Origin: an uncultured bacterium
Lineage (GTDB): Bacteria > Latescibacterota > UBA2968
NCBI GenBank assembly: GCA_964471275.1
Contig: CAYYGZ010000012.1
Span: 1 to 35,897 of the forward strand
Reading direction: 5' to 3'
Length of the DNA stretch: 35,897 nt
The translations under genes were made by a program, and so were the position numbers. Every line of letters starts with the position of its first letter. The stretch's first letter is position 1. Below are positions 29,395-35,897 of the stretch, in pieces. The notes beneath the pieces were generated by a model, which was given only the letters and a program-made list of their open reading frames with translations, was not told where the DNA came from and ran no database searches.

Positions 29395-29620
29395 GATGTC
29401 CAATGTCATGGGGGTGTTGACACATCAAGCCAGTATGTAGGGTTGCCCCCAACGGTGGATTAGCTGTAAGGCACTGTCAATCGAGCAGGAGAGCAGGAGC
29501 AGGGACGAGCAGGCGAAAGATCAGGGCTTGTCTCTCCTGCTAGCCTCTGCTCCTGCTCCCCTGCTCTAGCTTGTCCAGCCCCACAATGGTGTTGACACAT
29601 TGAGCCCGTATGTAGGGTTG
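29391..29620. repeat. Pair of about 55-bp direct repeats (175-bp period) enclosing a GAGCAGG-rich long hairpin
   Basis: GGTGTTGACACAT..AGCC.GTATGTAGGGTTG at 29413 and 29588 (30/33 identical), each 22 bp after CTAGnnTGTCCA; hairpin arms 29483-29520 and 29531-29566. Confidence 0.7.
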
Positions 29621-29683
29621 ATTCGGGATTGCTGCTTTCTCTGCACGCTGTTGACGACAAAGTCTCGAATCTGAATCTGTCCC

Positions 29684-29779
29684 AGCCCCGGAACGGGGCG
29701 ACCGCCCGAAGCCTGAGGTGCGGCCCCGCAGCCTGTCCGTCGAGAGCGCAGCGAAGACGGACTGCGGGGAAAGCCCCAG
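29684..29779 (+). repeat. Nested REP-like palindromes
   Basis: GCCCCG/CGGGGC, CCCCGCAG/CTGCGGGG and GTCCGTC/GACGGAC stems. Confidence 0.55.
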
Positions 29780-30021
29780 AGCTGGACGGACAATCGTGAG
29801 CGCGTCGCGATGACCTATCGGAACCCTAAAAGGAACACCCCCGGCGCGAATCGTACAAAACCGTGTGTTCGGGTAACGGCCTCGACCCGAGGCGGCCAAA
29901 CATCCAACTTCAACGAATCTGAACGGTAAAACACCATTCTGAATCAATACAGCCTGGGCGAACGGAAGGCTGCAGATCTCATAGACTGTCAGAGTGGTGG
30001 TTGAGACGAAAGGAAATCACG

Positions 30022-30480
30022 ATGAAAATCGTAATTGGCGGCGACCACGCGGGCTTTCACCTCAAGGCGCACCTGATGCCCTTCCTCGAGACATCGGGGC
30101 ACCAGGTCACGGATGTCGGGGCTTTCAGCGAGGAGCCTGTCGATTTTCCCGATGTCGCCAGAGAACTCTGCAGCGTTCTGCTCGACGGCAAGGCGGATCG
30201 AGGCATTATGTGCTGTGGCACGGGAGTCGGAGCGGCCATTGCGTGTAACAAGATTCGCGGCATACGTTCTGCGTTATGTCACGACACGCACTGTGCGCAC
30301 CAGTGTGTGGAGCACGACAACGTGAATGTCCTGGCCATGGGGCACTGGATCATCGGGCAGAAGCTTGCGGACGAGATCGTAACAACCTTTCTGGACGCAA
30401 AGTTCGAGGACAACGAAGACTTTCACAGACGTGTCGCAAAGCTGGAGGAACTCGAGGAATGGGGTCGGACACGCACGTAG
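30022..30480 (+). CDS. rpiB: RpiB/LacA/LacB family sugar-phosphate isomerase
   Basis: MKIVIGGDHAG, catalytic CGTGVG, HDNVNVL and HRRVAK; AAGGA RBS. Substrate not certain. Confidence 0.88.
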   Translation: MKIVIGGDHAGFHLKAHLMPFLETSGHQVTDVGAFSEEPVDFPDVARELCSVLLDGKADRGIMCCGTGVGAAIACNKIRGIRSALCHDTHCAHQCVEHDNVNVLAMGHWIIGQKLADEIVTTFLDAKFEDNEDFHRRVAKLEELEEWGRTRT

Positions 30481-30534
30481 TCTTCATCACGGCATCGTCA
30501 ACAGGTCGTCATGGGTGGGGAGATTGGCGAATCT

Positions 30535-31965
30535 ATGGCTGACAGCTCGCAACCCAACATCATATTCATCCTCCTCGATGATCTCGGCAAGGAGTGGATC
30601 AGTTGCTACGGCGCTACCGATGTAGAGACACCGAATATCGACGCACTTGCCCACGGCGGGATGCGTTTTGAGAATGTCTACAGTATGCCGCAGTGCACCC
30701 CGTCGCGGATGTGCCTGCTGACGGGTCAGTACCCCTACCGCAACGGGTGGGTCAATCACTGGGACGTTCCGCGCTGGGGAGCCGGCGCACGATACGATGT
30801 GGATGCCTACCCGTGCAATCTCGGGCTCACCATGCGGGATGCGGGATACGCCACGGCCATCGCCGGAAAGTGGCAGATCAACGACTTCCGAGTCGAACCG
30901 GACGCTCTTAATGCAGCCGGGTTCGACGACTGGTGTATGTGGACGGGTGCCGAAGGGGATAACCCACCAAGCTTCGAGCGCTATTGGGATCCTTATGTCA
31001 TTTACAAAGACAAGCCTGCCAGGACTTACGCAGGCGCGTTTGGTCCGGACATGTTCTGTGACTTTGTGATCGACTTTGCACGCACGCATCATGACAGAGA
31101 GCAGCCGTTCTTCATCTACTACCCGATGGTCTTGACGCACACCCCGTTTACCACGACACCCCACGAACCCGATGTAATAACGAAAGTGGACAAGCACAAG
31201 GCCATGGTTCGATACACGGATTTCATTCTGGGACGGATTGTAGACTCTCTGGATGAAATAGGTGCCCGGGATGACACGCTGCTGGTCTTCACTTCAGACA
31301 ATGGCACGTGTGGGGCGATGGTCGGCCATATCGGTGAGCGCACCATCCGGGGAGGCAAATCAAAGACCATTGAACCGGGCGTGAACATCCCATTCGTAGT
31401 CAACTGGCCTGGCACCATTCCGCCAGACCGTGTCAGCGACGCACTCGTCGATTTCACGGACATCATACCCACCCTCGCAGATCTCACTGATCAGATGATT
31501 CCCGGAATAGACAAGGTGGACGGTTCTTCTCTCGCACCCTATCTGCGGGGTGAGACGGGGCATTCCGATCGCGACTGGATCCTGGCTATGGGCGGCCAGA
31601 ACAACGGGGAGGTAAGTGACCGCGGCGTGGAGAACGAATGGGTTTTCCGTGATCGCGTCGTCCGAGACCAACGCTACAAACTCTACGTGGGAACGGACCG
31701 CAAGCCGCAGAAACTCGTAGACCTTCAGGTTGATCCGGATGAACAGACTGATATCACCGGCAGCGAAGGCGAAGTCGCACTCGCATCCCGTCAGAAGTTT
31801 GAGGCATTGATTCCGCACTGGCCGGAGAGAGATGCGGATCCCATCTGTACACCGCAACCACCCCAGCCCTGGGATAGACCGGTGGAGGTGAAGAGTCAGG
31901 TCTGGAAGAAAGGGAGGTCATTCACCTCACGGACAGATCCGAATATGCCTGGAGATGTCACGTGA
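30535..31965 (+). CDS. Sulfatase (Cys-type, arylsulfatase-like)
   Basis: PNIIFILLDD, CTPSRMCLLTG, GKWQ and SDNG; no signal peptide. Confidence 0.95.
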   Translation: MADSSQPNIIFILLDDLGKEWISCYGATDVETPNIDALAHGGMRFENVYSMPQCTPSRMCLLTGQYPYRNGWVNHWDVPRWGAGARYDVDAYPCNLGLTMRDAGYATAIAGKWQINDFRVEPDALNAAGFDDWCMWTGAEGDNPPSFERYWDPYVIYKDKPARTYAGAFGPDMFCDFVIDFARTHHDREQPFFIYYPMVLTHTPFTTTPHEPDVITKVDKHKAMVRYTDFILGRIVDSLDEIGARDDTLLVFTSDNGTCGAMVGHIGERTIRGGKSKTIEPGVNIPFVVNWPGTIPPDRVSDALVDFTDIIPTLADLTDQMIPGIDKVDGSSLAPYLRGETGHSDRDWILAMGGQNNGEVSDRGVENEWVFRDRVVRDQRYKLYVGTDRKPQKLVDLQVDPDEQTDITGSEGEVALASRQKFEALIPHWPERDADPICTPQPPQPWDRPVEVKSQVWKKGRSFTSRTDPNMPGDVT

Positions 31966-34175
31966 ACCCACCTGTTGAAATCACATTCCAAGCGGACAAG
32001 CTCCCCGCAAAACCGTTCGTCGACATCACGCTCGATGTGATACTCACCGATCCCGAGAATGCGACGATGAGAGTGCCCGCGTTCTGGTCAGGCGGCAATC
32101 GATGGCGGGTGCGCTATGCATCGTCGGTCGTGGGAATGCACGTTTATCACAGCATCTGCAGTGACACCAACGACGCAGGGCTACACGGTGTGGAAGGATC
32201 GGTAGAGATCACAGCCTACACCGGTGACAACCCCCTGTACAAACACGGCCCCCTGCAGATCTCGACAGACAAGCGCCACTTTGAGCACGCTGACGGCACA
32301 CCTTTTCTCTGGCTCGCCGACACTTGGTGGAAGGGACTGAGCAAGCGTCTGAGCTGGGAGGGATTCCAGGAACTGTGCGCCGATCGCAGGGCGAAGGGGT
32401 TCAACACGGTGCAGATCGTCTGCGGGCCCTATCCAGACGAAGAGGCCTTCGATCCCGGCTGGGCAAACGAGGGTGGGATGATGTATGGGAACCGCGAATT
32501 CACGGACCTCAATCCGGAGTACTTCGACTACGCGGATCGTCGTCTCGAACATCTCGTGGATAGGGGACTCCTGCCTGCTTTGGTAGGGGCCTGGGGCCGC
32601 TCCGACTGCAACGCGATGAAGGTGGCAGGCGTCGAGGGACTCAAGCGCCACTGGCGCTATCTCGTTGCCCGATATGCAGCCTACCCTCTCGTTCTGATCC
32701 CGGGCGGCGAGGTGCCCGCCGAGGCCAAGTATGGAGAGGGCAACTGGGGTCAAGTGGTCAGCGATCTCTGCGATCTCGACCCGTTCAAACGTCTCAAGAG
32801 CAGCCACGAATCTACCTGTTCCCTGCGTGAAGACACGCCGCTCAATGACTTCGAGCTGGTGGGCGGCAGCCACTATGCTCCCAAGAGTGCGGAGACATTG
32901 AGCAAATTCACCGGGCGATATGGTCAGCAACCGACCATGCCGCTCGTCTGCGGCGAAACGGGTTACGAAGAACACATGCAGCGCCACTTCGCAGACACCC
33001 AGCGCTATGTATTCTGGATGTACATGCTCAGCGGCGCAGCAGGCCATACCTACGGCGCGGCTGGGCTGCACCACATGGGTGTGGAAGGCAATCCCGGCCT
33101 CAAGCCGATCTGGGACTACACGACCTGGCAGGAGGCCATGACCTTCCCCGGTGCGACACAGGTCGGGATGGGCGGCAAGCTGCTTCAGGACTACCCCTGG
33201 CACCGCTTCGAGCCACACCCCGAGTGGTCCGACCAGGACTGCTTCGCTTCCGGCATCCCCGGCGAGGTGCGATTCATCTATCGCCCCAACCGATCGACCT
33301 ACGACTGGACCGGGCCGCGCATCAAGCACCTGGAAGAGGGAATCGCTTACGAGGCCTTCTACTTCGACCCGGCCACCGGCAGACGCTTCGACCTCGGAAC
33401 CATCAAGAGAGTTGCCGACCATCCCTGTCCTTTCGACGTCCACACGGGTGAGGTAATTCTCGAGGATCAGCTCGAGCAACCTGTCGGGTGGGAGGACCTC
33501 GGGAAACCCAGCGAGCACAGGGAAGTCCCGTCCGGCGTGGCCACTGAAAAGGGCGAGGGGTGGCGTGCGTGGCAGACCAATCGGGTCTCTGTTCACGCAG
33601 AGACGCGTGAGAAAGACGTGATGGTCAGCGTCGAGGCAGGCAGCCACGCCGAGACAGGAATTGTGATTCGCTTCCAGGACCTCGAGAACTATGTTGTTGG
33701 GCTATACAATCCCACGTTGAAGGCCATCTACTTCCTGGAGCGGAGGAACGGTTCGGTGATGCCTTTCTTCACCTACCGAATTCCCCACCTGGGCATCGTG
33801 GATGTTCCCGAGACCGGCGTATCCTTCACGCTCACCGCCGCAGCCTGCGGCGACTACGTGGCCATGCGTCTGGATGATGGAGGGCGGAGTGTTCACACCC
33901 CACCCGTCAAGATCCAGAATCTGCACAGCGGGCAGCTTGGTGTGTGGCGCAGTGACATCGGTGAGCCGCAGCACTACCGCAAGTTCAAGGTGTCAAAATC
34001 GCCTTTCGACACTCCTCCTGAGGACGTGAAGGAAAAGGGGGTCCATCTGATTCGCTCCGGTGAGGACACAGCTCCATCCATCCCGTCGCCACAGGACTGG
34101 GTACTGGTGTTAGCGAGACTGACGGCCTTGACCCAATGCGGCGAAACATCCGACGCCAACGAATCTGAACTGTAG
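31962..34175 (+). CDS. DUF5060 + DUF4038 (apiosidase-like) glycoside hydrolase with extended C-terminal region
   Basis: PAFWSGGNRWRVRY, HADGTPFLWLADTWW, RRAKGFNTVQ, GETGYE, AGHTYGA, FDPATG and QDWVLVL; GTGA-coupled to the sulfatase. Confidence 0.8.
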   Translation: MNPPVEITFQADKLPAKPFVDITLDVILTDPENATMRVPAFWSGGNRWRVRYASSVVGMHVYHSICSDTNDAGLHGVEGSVEITAYTGDNPLYKHGPLQISTDKRHFEHADGTPFLWLADTWWKGLSKRLSWEGFQELCADRRAKGFNTVQIVCGPYPDEEAFDPGWANEGGMMYGNREFTDLNPEYFDYADRRLEHLVDRGLLPALVGAWGRSDCNAMKVAGVEGLKRHWRYLVARYAAYPLVLIPGGEVPAEAKYGEGNWGQVVSDLCDLDPFKRLKSSHESTCSLREDTPLNDFELVGGSHYAPKSAETLSKFTGRYGQQPTMPLVCGETGYEEHMQRHFADTQRYVFWMYMLSGAAGHTYGAAGLHHMGVEGNPGLKPIWDYTTWQEAMTFPGATQVGMGGKLLQDYPWHRFEPHPEWSDQDCFASGIPGEVRFIYRPNRSTYDWTGPRIKHLEEGIAYEAFYFDPATGRRFDLGTIKRVADHPCPFDVHTGEVILEDQLEQPVGWEDLGKPSEHREVPSGVATEKGEGWRAWQTNRVSVHAETREKDVMVSVEAGSHAETGIVIRFQDLENYVVGLYNPTLKAIYFLERRNGSVMPFFTYRIPHLGIVDVPETGVSFTLTAAACGDYVAMRLDDGGRSVHTPPVKIQNLHSGQLGVWRSDIGEPQHYRKFKVSKSPFDTPPEDVKEKGVHLIRSGEDTAPSIPSPQDWVLVLARLTALTQCGETSDANESEL

Positions 34176-34521
34176 ACGCCATTCCGAATCACTAAAGTCT
34201 CGCCTGACGAACGCTATGGTGGACAGACGGACTCGTCTGTCCCTCTTCTTGTTCTGAGCCACCCAGCAGCTAACACCGCAGACACACCATCCTTCGCACC
34301 TGGCCACCAAAACTGGCTATCGCCGGCTGCGTGTTCAGTTGTACATTAGGCTTCGTACCGATGCCGTCAGGGGCGGCCCATCAAAGACCTGCCTCCCCAG
34401 AGAAAGCACCTGCAGATAGAAGAACGAGGTGTGTAGCCTCGTCAGACCCACGGGGTCTTGTAGGTGAAACTGAGCGTGTCGTCATCGATTACACGAACGA
34501 TCAATCAAGGGGAGATTCAAG

Positions 34522-35559
34522 ATGGTAAAGAGTGCAATTCTGGGCTGTCGTGGACGGGCGCGGGCACACGCCAGAGCATACGAGAGTACTGAGCGGGGCA
34601 GGATGGCAGCGATATGTGACATGAATGAAGAGGCCCTGCAGGAATTTGGTGACAACTTCGGCATTGACCAGCGCTACACCGACATCCACCAGATGCTGGA
34701 GAAGGAGAAACCTGATCTGCTACACATCGTCACCGCACCCGTGCTTCGCGGCACGGCCGAACCCATCCGCTTCCCCTTGATGAACATCGCTTCCGAGCAC
34801 AAGGTACCGGCGGTCATCGTCGAGAAGCCGATAGCGGTGATGGGAGAGGATTGGCGACAGATCCAGGACCTTTCGGAGAAAAGTGAGACGAAGTTTGCCG
34901 TGAACACACAGCTTCACTTCCATCCCCAGAACCTGGCGCTCAAGAAGGATGTGGCGGAGGGAAAGATCGGCGAGATCAAGTTGATCGAAGCCAGTTCACG
35001 CAATCCGCCCGTCGATCAGGCACCTCACGTGCTGCAGCTGGTCTCCTCTTACATCGACAATTCACGACCAGTCAAGGTGATGGGGCAGATCGCCGGCAAG
35101 AAGCAGCTCGGCTCCGACCAGCCCTCACCCGACAACGCGACTGCACGGATCGCCTACGAAAACGGCGTGCGCGCCTCAGTGGCCTTCGGGCCGGAGATGG
35201 GGGTCCGCGTTCTTCCGGACACCGGGAACAACCGTCACAAGCGAGTCTGCGTTTTCGGTACAGAGGGCTTCGTCCACTGGCGCTTCGAGAGCTGGGAGAA
35301 ATACACGCCCGAGAGTGGCTATCAGGGAGGCGATCTGGACTATGGCGAGCAGGATGCCGTGGCCCAGATCGGTCTGACCGAAGCGATGTTTGACTGGCTC
35401 GAGGATGAGAGCAAGGTGCATCCGACCAATCTGAAGCAGTCGCTGGCAGAATTCAATCTTCTGCTCGGTATCTACCAGAGCAGATCGATCCGTGAGCCGA
35501 TCGATCTGCCCTTTGATCCACCCGACAGATTCATCGAACACATGCAGAACATTCTATAA
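34522..35559 (+). CDS. Gfo/Idh/MocA family oxidoreductase
   Basis: ILGCRGRARAH Rossmann start, AAICD, KPDLLHIVT and VEKP; GGGGAG RBS. Confidence 0.9.
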   Translation: MVKSAILGCRGRARAHARAYESTERGRMAAICDMNEEALQEFGDNFGIDQRYTDIHQMLEKEKPDLLHIVTAPVLRGTAEPIRFPLMNIASEHKVPAVIVEKPIAVMGEDWRQIQDLSEKSETKFAVNTQLHFHPQNLALKKDVAEGKIGEIKLIEASSRNPPVDQAPHVLQLVSSYIDNSRPVKVMGQIAGKKQLGSDQPSPDNATARIAYENGVRASVAFGPEMGVRVLPDTGNNRHKRVCVFGTEGFVHWRFESWEKYTPESGYQGGDLDYGEQDAVAQIGLTEAMFDWLEDESKVHPTNLKQSLAEFNLLLGIYQSRSIREPIDLPFDPPDRFIEHMQNIL

Positions 35560-35575
35560 GGGGAGCATAGTCAAC

Positions 35576-35897
35576 GTGATTGTCAAACGAACGACCAGAG
35601 CCGAAATCCTCGCAAAACTGCAGCGAAAGATCCAGGTGCGGAAACCGATCTTTATCGCCAGTGCCGGCAGCGGACTGGTGGCCAGTCTGCTGGAAAAGGC
35701 GGGGGCAGACTGTGTGAATACCTTCTCAGGGGCACGCCTGCGCAGCAACGGCATGGGGACTATGTCGATGTTGTGGCCGATCCTGGACTCCAATACGCAG
35801 ACCCTCGACTACACGGAGCAGGACATCATGCCGGCAATAGCCGGCGACGCTTTCATCTGTGCCTGCATCAATGCCAACGATCCGTTGAAAGATATGA
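35576..35897 (+). CDS. Phosphoenolpyruvate hydrolase-like (TIM-barrel) family protein, 5' partial
   Basis: Not in ORF track (no stop in window). Translation MIVKRTTRAEILAKLQRKIQVRKPIFIASAGSGLVASLLEKAGAD...SGARLRSNG...NANDP matches the family pattern PI...AG.GL.A...E..GAD....SG..R..G. Confidence 0.75.
   Translation, partial: MIVKRTTRAEILAKLQRKIQVRKPIFIASAGSGLVASLLEKAGADCVNTFSGARLRSNGMGTMSMLWPILDSNTQTLDYTEQDIMPAIAGDAFICACINANDPLKDM

Noticed and set aside
29413..29620. 33-bp direct repeats as a mini CRISPR array or sigma70 promoters
   Set aside because: Only two copies with a 142-bp gap; TTGACA is only 11 bp from TATGTA, so promoter spacing is wrong.
34360..34460. AGACCTGCC and two small hairpins suggesting a cobalamin riboswitch
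   Set aside because: The other conserved elements (GGGAA, GCCCCCGCAACTGT, GCCACTG) are absent.

Overview
GC-rich bacterial window with two divergent blocks. There is no taxonomic marker, but the sulfatase/glycosidase-rich content is reminiscent of Latescibacterota, Poribacteria or Planctomycetota (inference). Left block (minus strand, about 1064-15869) is a seven-gene envelope/export cluster: Spy/CpxP-like LTxxQ protein, ABC ATPase, ABC-2 permease fused to an M1-aminopeptidase-like domain lacking catalytic motifs and a golvesin-like domain, lipoprotein periplasmic adaptor, RND permease, a second RND permease fused to an ABC ATPase (the ATPase is itself split by a membrane insert), and an ABC-2 permease. 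Downstream lie a heavily base-paired 230-300 nt non-coding element with candidate pseudoknots that I cannot assign to a known RNA family, an intrinsic terminator, GTTACA direct-repeat boxes and the start of a secreted protein gene. Right block (plus strand, about 16473-35897) is a string of apparently cytoplasmic carbohydrate/sulfate catabolic genes: GH-A-like hydrolase, PhyH dioxygenase, beta-propeller hydrolase, two sulfatases, sugar isomerases, sialidase-like and DUF4038 proteins, oxidoreductases, a RidA-family protein and a PEP-hydrolase-family protein. Intergenic spacers carry several REP-like palindrome types. No rRNA, tRNA, CRISPR array or transposase was seen. The best candidates for something new are the RND-ABC hybrid exporter and the structured RNA just downstream of it. 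All family calls come from motif recognition by eye, not database searches.
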